From positions 75,206,001 to 75,270,000 of the forward strand of contig OZ024741.1 of assembly GCA_964016885.1 (NCBI GenBank): a DNA stretch of 64,000 nt. The letters run 5' to 3'. The translations under genes and the position numbers were made by a program. The notes under the pieces were generated by a model. That model made no database searches. It saw only the letters and a program-made list of their open reading frames with translations, and was not told where the DNA came from. Each line of letters begins with the position of its first letter. The stretch's first letter is position 1. Below, piece by piece: positions 50,301 to 63,867 of this stretch. This DNA is from Eledone cirrhosa. Lineage: Eukaryota.

Positions 50301-50644
50301 TCTAAAAAGCCTAGTCATTGTGGGTTTGAGAAAGTACCAGATTAGTGATTGGTGTAAATAAGACCACCAAAACTGCAATATGGAGAGAAGTAAGAAAAAG
50401 AATCATACTATATGTTCCTTTGCATGGATTAACAAGGGAGGCATTCAAGCCTTAGGTAAAGGAGCCTGTTCAAAAAATATATTGCAGTCTCCATTTCTTG
50501 CTGTGAAAATTGATGATGAGCCTGTGACTTTTCCTGGAAGGTGTGGGATGGACACACAAAGATTGCATATCCCAAGACCCCAAAGAATGTTCAGAAAGGA
50601 GTAAACCTTGACAATATATATATATATATGTATATATATATACA

Positions 50645-50919
50645 CAGTGGCAGATTGGCTAGGTTGCCAGGTTGGTCAATGGCAAGTGGGCCTCAGGGGG
50701 CCCACGGTATCATTGCAAGAGCCCACTGTAGTATTTTAAGGGCCAATGCTTTGCTTTCAAAAAATAACTGAAATCTAAGAGAAATCTGTTTTGTTTCCAC
50801 TTATGTATTTTTCGAAAATGTTATTTATTTATTATAAAAATTAAATGATAGTATTCTATATGTAGGTGAGCCCCCTTCATCTTCTGACAACCAATATTTT
50901 TAGACCCAGTCCACCACTG
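50645..50919. mobile_element. hAT-like MITE
   Basis: TIRs cagtggcagattg / cagtccaccactg; imperfect 8-bp flanks tatataca / tatgtata. Confidence 0.5.
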
Positions 50920-51325
50920 TATGTATAAATATATCATGTAGACATTTTCTATGTGAGATGAAAGGATTCGGTGAAAGAAAAATGACAGATTGGGTAAAGT
51001 GGGAGCAGATGAGTGGGAGGAAGTGCAGTAAGTTTGAAAGGGAGGAGGGGATAGAATATATTTAAAAAGAAAAAAGAGAGAGGGGGTAAGCAGAAGTTTG
51101 GGATGCATGTGTGTGTTTGACTGTGATGAAATGGAAGAGTAGAAATAACAAGAATATGGTGCAGAGAAAATGTAAAATATAAATAAAATGTATGCTTGGA
51201 CATATCTATTGGTATATATGTATTATATATATCAAAGGTATATATTGAGTTAGAAACTCAATATAGTCTCTTACAATAAAATAGCTCTAAGAAAGAGAAT
51301 TTTTCCGAGCTGTATATTATAGTTG

Positions 51326-51327
<2 letters not shown>

Positions 51328-51362
<35 letters not shown>

Positions 51363-54337
51363 GTTTAACGTCTATCTTCCACGCTAGCATGGTTCTGGAC
51401 AGGAATTGTCCCACTTGAGGCAAGATTGGTTGTCTTGCTCAGGACTGTCTGGTGGGTTTTCTACGGCTGGATGCCCTTCCTAACACCAACCACGTTTACA
51501 GTGTGGATTGGGAGGTTTTTACTGTGTTACCTACACAGCCACATTACAGCATGGACTGTGTGTTTTTTGTTGTCGTGACATCTACACGAGCTCATTTATT
51601 TAGGACTGGATGTTGTGGTACCAACATAACTTTACATCGAAAGGGGTGGTGTAGATGGGGGTGGGGGTAGGAGTAGTGGGACGAGGGTGTATTTTGGTTA
51701 AGAGGTGCCTACTGACTCTAGGTTTTGCTTTGTACTTAGGCAAGGCGGGTCTTCTGTATTACTGCGTAGCACCAAATATCTCGGTCTTGGAGAGGTGTAA
51801 GTGTGTGAGGTCGGAATTTATCAAGTCATCCAAGGTTTTTCTGGGTCTACCTACTCCGTAGCTACCTTATATTTTGATCGCCCTGCACTTTTTTTATACA
51901 GCTGTCATCTTTCATGCGCTTCACGTGACCATACCAACGTAGTCTTCTCTCGAGTAAACAGCATCTGATCCCTCTTATTTCTAATTTTTCCCTTAGTTTT
52001 TTTATGCTTTGCCATTCACGTATATTACTATTACACATCCAGCGGAGCATGCAAGCTTCGTTCCTCTCCAGTCAACATAGATCCTCTGCACACAAGGCCC
52101 ACGTCTCACTGCCATGTAACATCGCTGTTCGTATGCAGGCACCATACAGCCTGCCTTTCATTTTTAGAGAGAAACCTTTAGTGGCCAATAGTGGTATAAG
52201 CTCTCTGAACTTTTTCCATCCCATTCTGACTCTAGCTACAGTACTTTCGGAGCACCCTCCACCACTGCTGATTTTGTCACCCAGGTAATGGAAGGTGTCC
52301 ACTATTTCTATAGAACCATCTGGGCGATATTCAAAACAACAAACAGCGAAAGACGCGTTCCGGACTTGTCCGACAGACAACCTTTTCCCCCACCCCGGAA
52401 AAAAAACCCCAGTTGATGGATGTGAATCCGAAATATATAGGGACTATTAAATCTCTCCCAAGGTAACTCTCTCTTGTGTTGTTATTTTTATTTTTATCCT
52501 TTATACTCTTCCCTTCATTCTACACATCTCACACATCTTATACACACCACGCATCTCAACGTACACCCACTTACATATCTCTCTCCACCACCGGACCTTG
52601 TTACCCGGAGATTTACCCATTTGCATTGTCGAGGCTTCCAAACGACTTAAAGATATTTACTTATTGTTCCACAATGCTTCAAGCAAACTTCAATACTCTC
52701 GAATGAGCTAGTATTCTGTGGGCATTTGCTGCTACTTATTGCACCTGAGCACCGGCCACATATAAAATCTATACATATAAAATCCATACTTTGCATTTGG
52801 GACATAAAATGGAGTTTCTGCCTACTCCTTTCCTACACACTGAGCATGGCCATTTCACAGATGGGACCAGTGCCCTATTTTCCTTCCTACATATTAGAAC
52901 TTTAGTCTTAGACAAGTTAATTTTAAGGCCTTTTGATTCTAGGCCATGCTTCCATGTTTAGAATTTCTTCTCTAGTTCAGCTATGAGCGTTAGATCATCT
53001 GCGTATAGAAGTTCCCATGGGCAGCCGGTCTTGAACTCCTCTGTTATAGCCTGGAAGGCGATAATAAATAGGAGGGGGCTAAGGACAGAGCCCTGATGAA
53101 CACCAACTTTTACGCTAAATTCTTCACTATATTCGTTGTTAATTCTAACCTTGCTGACTGTTTCTTTATACATGGCTTGTATAGCTCTCACAAGCCATTC
53201 ATCAACACCTAGTTTTCTGAGAGCCCACCAGATAATGGGGCGTGGGACTCTGTCAAAGGCTTTCTCCAAGTCAGCGAAAGCTAAGTATAGGGGTTTACTT
53301 TTAGCTAGGTACTTCTCCTGTAGTTGTCGTACAATGAAAAGAGCGTATGTGGTACTTTTACCTGACACAAACCCGAACTGCATTTCATCTAGATCAATTC
53401 TCTCTCTGATTAGTTGTGCTATTACTTTTTCTGTGACCTTCATGACCTGGTCAATTAATTTAATGCCACTATAGTTTCTCCTATCTAGGGCATCTCCTTT
53501 ACCCTTGTAGCAGTTAATGATGATGCTGCTATGCCAGTCCTTTGGTACAACCCCATTCTGTATGACTTGGTTTATTATCCGGGTGACCATAGTGTGTCCC
53601 ACCGTTCCAGATGCTTTCAGCATTTCAGCAACTATTTCCGAAGGCCCAGCCACCTTGCCCGTCTTCATATCTTTGATTGCCTTACTTATTATACTACCTT
53701 CAACTTGCACTGCTGGTCCCTCTATTGGATCGATGTTGGGGAGGAGACTGCCTTTGTCCCATTTATTCTCCTCATTTAGTAGCCTTTCGTAGTGACACTT
53801 CCAAGCTACCTTCTTAGCGTCTGTGATGGCAAGTACACCATCATCATTACGGACACACTTCTCCCCGACAATATCATGGTTCTCCTTGACATATTGTCTA
53901 GCAATCCTGAACACCTCATGTTTTTGGTCCTTGTGTTGTAGAACATGCTTGAACTTTCTTTCCACTGCTTCCCTTCTTGCGAAGTATACTTGTCTCCTAG
54001 CTTCCCTCCTGGCCACTTGATAGTCTTCTCTACTTCCCCCATCCCGCCATACTTTCCAAGCCTGCTTTTTGGCCTTGATGGACTCCTCCACCTTACTGTT
54101 CCACCACCAAGTTACTCTCCTCCTGCATATAGGTCTGCTGCAGCCACAGATTTCATCTGTCGCCTTCAGCAGGTTAGCTTTCAGGAATTCCCACTGTTCC
54201 TCTATATTGTACGACTCTAATTGCTCTTCCTTACTGTCAAAAGCATCAAGTATTATGCTTTTAAATATATTACTGGCTGTGGGGTCCTTTAACTTCCATA
54301 TTTTATTCCTAAGGATACTGCTCCTCTGTTGTCAAGT
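51328..54337 (-). mobile_element. 5'-truncated RTE family A copy with a ~385-bp insertion at 52319-52705
   Basis: ORFs 52958-54091, 52072-52380 and 51862-52050 match the intact RTE; (CAT)n tail at 51328. Confidence 0.93.
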
Positions 54338-55600
54338 GAGAAGGGAGGAGAGAACCTGATAGTTTGTTTATTGTCAAGCTTTCTTTTCTTATTGCTGTTG
54401 TTGGAAGGGTCTGTAGGTGTGTGTGTGAGGGTCTAAATTAATGTCTAAGAAATCTACGCTAGAGATGTGGAAGTTACTGTTATCCTAAGTCCTAACTCAT
54501 TGAAGGTAGAATCTAAGTCTTTTTTAAACCACTTTTATGGCTCGATATGGTCAGTCCATCGTCGCGGTATATTCACGTGTAGACCCTTCCATAAGCTTAA
54601 CGAAAAACTCAATTACATTCACAAGGACTCATGCCACCCTCCCACTGTTTTTAGAAACTTCGTAAATAATATCAGTACTAGAATCTCAAACCTCTCCTCT
54701 AATAAGGCTATCTTTGACAGAGCGGCATCCTACTATAACACGGCGTTAGCTAACAGCGGCTTCTCGCAACCTATCACTTACTCTCCCACTAACAACAATA
54801 GCAATAAGAAAAGAAAGCGTAACAATAGACAAACTATCTGGTTCTCTCCTCCCTTCTCACTCAACGTTAAAACCAATGTAGGCAAAAAATTTCTAGCCCT
54901 CGTAGATAGACACTTTCCCATAGGTCATAAATACCGCTCCATCTTTAACCGACACAAAGTAAAAGTAGGATACTCCTGCGCTAAGAACATGAAGGCCCAC
55001 ATCACCAACAGCCCTGAGCTGTGGTCACTTCCAACCGACCAAATCAACCACAGGAGGTCAAATCCTATGTGGGTATGGCGGAGGGTCGATTTAAGGAACG
55101 CTTTCTGAACCACCTGTCGACCTCTAGGTACCCGGACAGACGTTCATCCAGGAAACTCAAGTATAGACTACTCCATTCAATGGAAAGCAATCACTAAGTC
55201 CAAGCCATACGCAAGGGGCAATCCGTCGTGTGGACTATGTATTGATAAACGAATAAATATTCTAAAAAGATTCCGCAACAGTGATTGCCTAAACTCGAGA
55301 AATGAATTCTTCACACGTTGTCCACACGTCTGAAAACACCTCTTACATAACTACAAAGCTCCGGATTGAATTACAACAACATCCTAATTTTCTTAACTAG
55401 AAACTTTCGGACTTTCGCAGTTATCTCCCTTACACCTCTCGCATGCAATTTAGTATTGCCTGTGTGAAGTGATCGTTTCTGCGCATGCGCGTTCGTACGG
55501 TTGTCCTTCCTGTTCCTATAACCATGTCCATTAGGAACTGAGGATCCGCTAAGGTGAAACAATTTTTCTCGGTATGGTGAACTAACTGTTGTGTAACCAC

Positions 55601-55603
<3 letters not shown>
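54335..55603 (+). mobile_element. Naiad-like PLE fragment with an inverted 5' piece (54335-54571 on minus)
   Basis: Plus: RPFHK..SCHPP..RISNLSS..IWFSPPFS..KVGYSC..CGLC..LNSRNE..CPH. Minus piece: IYRDDGL..VDFLDINL..YRPF. Ends at (TA)n. Confidence 0.85.
55534..55569 (+). ncRNA. Hammerhead-like motif in the Naiad 3' pLTR (partly decayed)
   Basis: ggaa CTGAGGA t CC gctaa GG t GAAA caattt. Confidence 0.5.
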
Positions 55604-55673
<70 letters not shown>

Positions 55674-55851
55674 TAAATATTAATCAATGAAAAAAAGAGT
55701 TAGTAATTTGTAATCAACTGATTCTTATATATAACAGATACCAAGCAGTCAACGTTAGAATTTATCCGGAGTATTATTATAATAATTGTTTCTACTTTTA
55801 ATAATAGTAATAAACGAAAGACATATACTTTATATAATCTCTATTTATTTC

Positions 55852-55922
55852 ATTTTATATATTTCGAAGATGTAAAGTTTTATGTATAACATAAAGCAAA
55901 ACATGTCCTCCTCAGATAAAAT
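55852..55922 (-). ncRNA. Hammerhead-like motif with extended stem II
   Basis: Minus: CTGAGGA ggacatg...catcttc GAAA TATA TA; stem I is poor. Confidence 0.4.
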
Positions 55923-56145
55923 ATATAGAAAATGTATAACTTTATTCATGATATGCTGGTAGACAAACGAGCTGGACAGGTCAGTGACCACCAAGCGTAT
56001 GCTTTGCATCTTCAAAATATATATAATGAAATAAATAGAGATGATATAAAGTATATATCTTTCGTTTATTACTATTATATATATATATGTATGTGTATAT
56101 ATATATATATGTGTGTGTGTGTGTTTATATATATATATATATATA

Positions 56146-56257
56146 TGAAAAAGTTTGACCCCGACGGCAGAGCTTAAACCGTTTCGACGGCTATTTCTGG
56201 ACTCAGAAATAGCCGTCGAAACGGCTTGAGCTCCACCGTCGGGGGTCATACTTTTTT
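56146..56257. repeat. ~110-bp GC-rich hairpin between (TA)n tracts
   Basis: tgacccccgacgg..ccgtttcgacggctatttctg gact cagaaatagccgtcgaaacgg..ccgtcgggggtca. Confidence 0.88.
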
Positions 56258-56339
56258 TCCTATTTCCCACTCTACTACCCTAAGTATTGAGTACTCTGGT
56301 GCGTTATGGTCCATCTGGTTCCTTACCACAATTACTTTG

Positions 56340-56404
<65 letters not shown>

Positions 56405-57794
56405 GCAGATAATTTTAGTGCTTATCAGTAGAGGTTACACTGCAACATTGTGAGGAGAAACCGGTTTAAGCAATACAAAAGCACTTCCCGTCTGTAGTGT
56501 ATCCCCAGATAAATGTTAGTAATTAGGTGTGACGGAGTTTCCATTTATGAAATGTTGTTAAGACAGGGGTACTTTTACATAATTCCTTTATTGCATTATG
56601 CATATTCCTTTATTGCATTATGTATATTTCAATGACATGTTGATATCAATTGTTATATCATTAATGGTTTCCATAGGACATCATCAGTTGCTCATACAAT
56701 TATGAGTTGTCATTATGCAAGTATGCAGATATACTGTTGATAATGTATTACCATCTTGGTATGATCCGAGCGAAAATATGAGTTACTGAATCTCGACTTT
56801 TACTAATGTCTAGTGGCAAAGGTCTTTTGATTTGTGGAATTTGTAGGCTCTGAGAAAAGTTACTTACTGTTATTGTTGACAAATTTACTACGTCTAGCTT
56901 GGTGTATTGTTCAGTCTCTCATTTACATGTTGATTCAGTCGCCAATCCTGTCTGGGCATCTTCATTAATTGCTGTCCTTTGTATCATTATAATGCCGCCA
57001 CCATCACCATCACTCCAGTAAGAGTAACAGTGCACCCATCCTGCATAACAACAGCAACAATAATGACAACAATAAAGAATAAAGACGTTGGGGATCTTTT
57101 GATGATTGCTGCATCACCACCACAAACAACAACAACAAAAATAATAACAATTATAATTGTAACAACAATACTATTACTACTAATAATAATAATCATGCTG
57201 CTAATGATAGTACAGTATATATAGACTATAAACAAAATATAAAACGATTATAGGAATACGTAAAGGATAAGAAACAAATAAGAGAACTTAAATAAAAATA
57301 GTTGGAAGATAACAAATTAGAGATAGAAAAACATAAAAAATATATTTAAGGGGTTAAAGCAAAGGTTGTGAATAAAAATGACCAAAGTAAAAATAAAAAT
57401 GAATTAGTAATAAAAAAAGAAATACGAAATAAAAAAAATAAAGAATGGAACAACATAAGTAAATAAGTGAACTGAAATGGAGGCAAAATGCTAGGGTTGT
57501 AGACTGGAGTTTTCAGGAACTAAAGATGGAAGTAAAGGGAGGGACTGGGAAGAAGTATGGAATAGGGAATAGATACGGATGAAAAATAATGTTAATAAAG
57601 TTAATAATGATATGAGGGAGGGGAAAACAATGGGAAAGTGTGGAAATTATAGAAATTAAATTAAACTAAGCTGGACTTACGGACTACTAGGGAATATAAA
57701 GTTTTAATTAAGTAAGACAGTAAAACCTGAGGGGCAGTATATGGAAATTCAGTTATGTATAACAGAGTAAATATATATATATATATATATATAC

Positions 57795-59035
57795 ACAGAT
57801 AGTTCAGATTTAAATATAGAAGAAACCCACCACAGAATAAGCATATGGAAACCTTCGAAAGGACAATGTCAACTTAATCTCCAGTGGGAATTTCAACAAC
57901 CAGCCTTCCAAGGAGCAGGGCCACCTGGATAATCTTACCCACATGATAAATGTATTTCAGAAATCAAATGGGATCCTCATCCACTTGGATAATTCTAGCA
58001 ACCTCTATAACATAGATATTAAGTATTATATGAAGCTCATATATAGAGTTCTTAGAAAAAGTTTTAATAAGATAACTAAAGCAAATCTGGGCAATATTAA
58101 CGAGGAAGCAAACAAAATAGTCAACAGACACACCATAGCAAATTCTACCGAACCGTACCAACCGAGACAACCACATAGAATCACAAGGCAAATTATATAA
58201 CTGACCTTTCCATTAGAATTATTGTACCATCCAGCTCTGACATTGAAATGATTAGCAAAAGCATCCCAAATAGGATTTTACCAACACTTAGAGGAAAAAC
58301 AGAGCTCCAACAGTGGTCCAATACCACCAACGTGCTTATGTAGTTTAACAATCTCGAGGATAAGGATAGTACTTATTTCATGCAACTAGACATAACCATC
58401 TACTGCGCCTCTATTTCCGCTGTAATATTTAACAAGGCACTCATGTTTGCACTTAGACACACCAATCTAACTAGGGAGGAAATAAATATTATGCATACTG
58501 CTAGGAAAACACTCATAGAATTTGCAGGCTAGCTATGGACAAGAAAATACTGGCCAGACAACTTTGATATTATGATGGGATCCAGTGACTTGGCCCAGGT
58601 CACTGACCTCATGGGTATTCATATACTTAAATACATTGAGAAGGAGATTCTGGCCATTGGTGACAGATTATATCGAGATGATGCCCTGTTCCCCTTCCTA
58701 AACCTCAACAATAGCTAGCTAGAGAGGAAGAAAAAGTTTGATAAGCTTCTTCAAAAATGTAGGTTTAAGGAGACAGACAATAACAGAAAATAGTCACCTT
58801 CTTAGATATAACACTAAACTTAGAATCAGGCCTTCACTACCCATATCACAAGCCGAATGAAGATTTTAAATATGTTAACACCAACTCTAACCACCATAAG
58901 TTGGTTACCAAGGCTACCGTTAACAGTGTACCAAAGCAGATTTCCTCACTCTGGGCTAACCAAGAAACATTTGATATTTATTCCAGCCACTACAACGAAG
59001 CCTTAGCTAGAACAGGTTACAGTGAAAAATTTCTG
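57795..59035 (+). mobile_element. Degenerate Naiad-like PLE RT
   Basis: LDNSSNLY, QQWSNT, FMQLDI, FDIMMGSSD, LYRDD, FLDITLNL, PYHKPN and YNEALARTGY across broken frames. Confidence 0.82.
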
Positions 59036-60020
59036 ACTGGACCTTGAACGATAGGGACATGACTGGGTAGCCAAATGTGCCGATAGAAGCTACAAGTTTT
59101 TTTTTAGAACTAACCAGCCTAGGATCACCAACATAAATACACTACACACCCCACAACCATACATTGGACACTGAGACCCAACAATTACAATGGTGACCCA
59201 GGACTACAAACGTACCCACAATTGAGATAACTTAGCATATACTTTAAGGAATAAGCATGGTGGGACTGCTCTGAAAGTAATGAGGTGTTGTCATAAATGT
59301 CATAAAATTGGTGAATCCCTTCAGGGACTGGATACTGGTGCCAATGGGCAAACCACCCGTGGAGGAAAACACCTTAGACAAACATATAACAGAAAGTAGA
59401 ATTCTGACAAAGGGCTCATAATATGGTTTTCATCTTCAGACAGAAAAGCAATTACCGGGATTATAAACCACGAGGCACACCCTGCTCTACAAACCATAGG
59501 GGCACTGTTACTCTTGCTAGCATGACTGGCAGCGTTGTAATGATACAAATGACAGCAATTAATGAAGATGCCCAGACAGGATTAGCAATTGAATCAACAT
59601 GTAAATGAAAGACTGAACAATACACCGAGCTAGAAGTAGTACATTTGTCAACAATAACATTACGGAACCTTTCTCAGAGCCTACAAATTCCATAAACCAA
59701 AAGGCAGATATATCTACCACTAGATATTATTTTAAAATGATATTCAGTGTCTCATGTTCACTTGTATCACACAAAGATGGTAATATGTTACATATATATA
59801 TATGTTATAATATGTACATTCCCAAGTTGTGTCAAGGGGTAACTGCAGTTAAAAAAGTACTCAATATAATGGTAGAATTTAGGCATCTTTATTTTATATA
59901 GAGAAATGAATTCTACAGGACTAGAACTGTATCATACCTGATGATTTCATATGAATGAAACAGTTCTAGTTTTGTAGAAGTCATTTATGAAAAAGGGACG
60001 TTAAACGGTGGTGATGAGAA

Positions 60021-60118
<98 letters not shown>

Positions 60119-60931
60119 TTATATATATATAGAGAGATAGATATAGATATATATACTTTAGTGACGGAGTAGTGGAGGATTGTAAAGACTATGATGAATG
60201 TATGTCTTTGGTGTGTCATCTTGAATTATTTGTGTGTGTGTGGTTGACACTGTCTATGTGTATCAGTGCATTGGAGAGGTCAGAGGTTTTTATACACTGG
60301 AATGCACATACATCCACACACACACACATATGTACATATTTTGTATGTACTGACATATTCCCACACATCTATAGAACCACTGACCTTCCTATTATTTATT
60401 TGTTTTATTAAATGTTTACAAACTTGCTTGTCACTATTGTTATTGTTATTGGTTTTTGGTGAGTGTGGGTGTTGTTGTTATGTACGTATATATATATGCT
60501 ATAGAGGGACACCAAAGAAAACCTGAGCATAGCCAGTGAGAACTGATCTCAAATTGTTTAATTTCACAGAGCAGATGATGAAGGAATGTGATAAGTTGAG
60601 AGATGATGTGCTGAAAAGAACCTATTCCCCCCATGCAAGTATGGAAAACTATAACGGTAAAGGAAATGGTACATTGTTTAAAGCCACCAGCTTATCTCTA
60701 CACTATATATAATACACCCTATGACAGCTTTTACATGTCAATGTCATCTGCCTCATGTCAGCTCGTTTTTCACGCACAATTTGTAGATATACTATATTTC
60801 TTACTTAGATTGATGTTGTGATTATTTCAAATAATTTATTGCTAGCATTGTTAGTATTGTTATTATTGTTCTGATTGAATGCCATTACTATATATAGAAG
60901 CCATGCCTGTGTATTCCCTTCATTCTCGCAA

Positions 60932-61037
60932 GCTCTGATGAATTGACTGGTTACAACTATGTATTGGTGATCGAATGACGCGAAAACAGGCGGGTAGCGA
61001 TCTCTAGACCTACCAGTTCAGAGAAACAATTGTCAGC
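60932..61037 (+). ncRNA. Type I hammerhead with long stem II insert
   Basis: gct CTGATGA (60935-60941) at tgactggt...accagttca ga GAAA CAATTG TC agc; GUC cleavage triplet. Confidence 0.6.
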
Positions 61038-61263
61038 AATGAGATTAAAAACCTTTTTTGTATAGCAAACCGTGTCACTCTTCTTTCCTGATTTATCATT
61101 ACTCCAAGTGTTTACAACATAGAAATCACCACGTACACGCAGCATCACTATGGAAACGCCTTGTTGAAACAAACTTAGCCAAGCGTTGATATCGTCCACT
61201 ACTCGGACAACCCTAACTGGACTACCTCTAAGTGGACTAGCTATAACAATAATCTGTTATCCC

Positions 61264-61303
<40 letters not shown>

Positions 61304-61358
61304 CAAGGACGAATGGTTACTCCTTCATTACGTTTATTGGTAGGTGACGCACGTTTTG

Positions 61359-61432
<74 letters not shown>

Positions 61433-62501
61433 TCTGGCATCCACCTGTTTATGGTGGGGCCAATAATATTGTTAGAATTCAATGCAATCATAGAGAGAGG
61501 ATTTCAGCTAGATCATGTAGTGAGAGCTATATTTTTTGTAGTAGGCTCTCATCACATAAGGTTCTATCGATGATTCTACTTGAGCTACAGAGTAATTTAT
61601 ATATATATATATATAATGGTAACACTCTGTAAAAGTTACACATGAAAGTGTAAAAGAGAATATTTTGAAACTAATCTGCCATTTTATTGTTGTTGGATGT
61701 GAATTATCCTAATAAATATTTAGAGGTCAAATTATGCTATTTTACAGTAAATTCTTCTCTACATATAATTTAAAGATCTGCAGTAGTAAAATGCAATTGC
61801 TGCTCTTGTTACAGAACAAATTAATGCAAATTGTGCTGATCTTAGGAATATTAAAGAAACAGACAGCTACAGTTAAAATGCTTGTCAGTGAACTATTTCC
61901 AGTGTATACATGATGTATTAATCACTGTAAACAATGTTGATAGATCAATAATTGAAATGATTCTATTCAGGTGTAATATATAGCCTGGAGCAATTTAAAG
62001 ATTCTACAGCAATTTAGGCTGTCAGACTTTAAAAATGTCTGCACTGTTTCCCAAACAACTGTCATAACAAAAACTAAAGTAGCTAAATGAGAGCACATTT
62101 AATATTGTTCAAATATATGTAATTGCCTTGTTAGACGTAGATATGGCTGAATAGTTTAGAAGTTCACTTCACAATCATAAGATTCAAGGTTCAATCCCAC
62201 TTTATGGCATCTCGAGCAAATGTTATTTACCATAGCCTCAGGTTGATTTATGTCTTGTAGGTAACATTGGGTAGATGGAAACTACATGGACATGTATCGG
62301 AGGGATTGTAATTCAAAGGTTCAGCCTTGTCACATTGTGTCATGCTGATTCAGCTTAGAAAATATAAGGGTTCATTGGTCTATGGAATACATATCAACTT
62401 ACATGTTAAGTCATGAATTGCTCATTGGGTTGAAAGAACAACAGAATGTTCATTGTTGAAACTGAAGGAGAATTAATTCATCATTGTCTGATTAAAATAA
62501 T

Positions 62502-62722
62502 TGTTTCTACTTTAGGCATAAGGCCAACAATTTGAAGGGGGGGGGGGGGGGGGTTAGATTAAATTGAACCCAGTGATTTACTGGTGCTTTATTTATCGAT
62601 CCTGTGAGGATGAAAGGCAAAGTTAACCTTGGTGGGATTTTAATTCAGAACATAGAAGATCATAATTCTATGCCGCGAAGCATGGTGTCCAATGCTCTAC
62701 TGATACTGCCAATCCACCACCC
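62502..62722 (-). mobile_element. Meta-like SINE with 18-bp TSD
   Basis: TSD ttgtctgattaaaataat at 62484-62501 and 62723-62740. Confidence 0.87.
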
Positions 62723-63393
62723 TTGTCTGATTAAAATAATAAAGTTTGATTGTTTTTAAAATTGATTACATTTCTTCTCATCAGAGTATGGTTTTAATTT
62801 ATTAAAAATCATGTATTTTTAGGTGCAAATATGGTTGTGTGTTTTAGAAGTTTACTTTAAAATCACATGGTTCTGGGTTAAGTCACACTGCATGGTATCA
62901 TAGACAAGTATTTTCTACTATAGTCACAGACTGACCAATGCTTTATGAATGAAATATGGTAGACAAAAACTTTGTGGAAGACAATTATATATGTGTGTGT
63001 GTTTAAGTTTACTGTTTGTTTATGTCCCATGTTTTACTGGTTCAACAAAAAAGTCATTCGTAAAATATGTACCAGACATGAAAAGAAAGTACTGGGATCA
63101 AGATGATCAACTAAATCCTTTCCAGGTGATGCTTTAGCTGCAGTTTACTGACAGAAACTAGTAAAAGATAAAAGAATTTACAGATTTAATGTTTACATTT
63201 TTGAAGTTGGTGCTCCAGTATAGCTTGGTTATGATGACTAAAACAAACTAAAAAACTAATATATTCCCATATGTGTACCTGTATTTAGTCCTAATAGCGA
63301 AAACATCGATGTAAATTAAAGTTATCCCCATGGTGAATTGGCTAGGCAAAGATTATATTCCATTTCACAATAAGTAGGCTTTTTATCCTTTAA

Positions 63394-63610
63394 CTCTTAA
63401 GATCTTGTTAGAGTTTAGCAGAAAATATTTAAAAACAGATTTGAATATTCAAATATTTATAATATCTTTATTTTGAACAAATTGTTGTGTAAATTTGCAG
63501 TATTCTAAAGTAAATAGTTTTATTTTTAATGTGATACAGGCATAGTGCTGATTTATACTTTTCAAGAAAATTTTACTAATGGTGTTTCAAGTGGTACAGA
63601 ATGGTAAGAG
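63394..63610. mobile_element. piggyBac-like MITE, degenerate
   Basis: TTAA|ctctta ... taagag|TTAA. Confidence 0.45.
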
Positions 63611-63867
63611 TTAAAGATGTTATTGTAGGCCCAGGCATCATTTTTAGGTAAAGAAGTTTGCTTCACAATATTTTTTTCTATGATATTAGAGTATGATTTA
63701 AGCAAGATTTGGCTGCTGTTTCTAACAGATCAAGCAAACATATAGAGGTTTCTTTGTTGACTTTGTTGCAAATATTTCAGAACAATCTCATGTCTGACAA
63801 TAACCCCTTTAGCTGTGGTTTCTTCTCAAGGAGTCTCACAGTGCAATTGAATATGAAATCATAATAT

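Noticed and set aside
55325-55340. In-frame TGA near the Naiad C-terminus as possible selenocysteine (some Naiads encode Sec)
   Set aside because: It follows CPHV at a non-Cys position and is best explained as CGA-to-TGA decay in an already deleted copy.
56419-56472. Hammerhead-like tgctta...GAAA CCGG TT taagca; also weak motifs at ~42900-42940(-), ~48424 and ~61490-61555(-)
   Set aside because: The catalytic core (CUGAnGA or GAAA) is missing or uncompensated; at most decayed relics.
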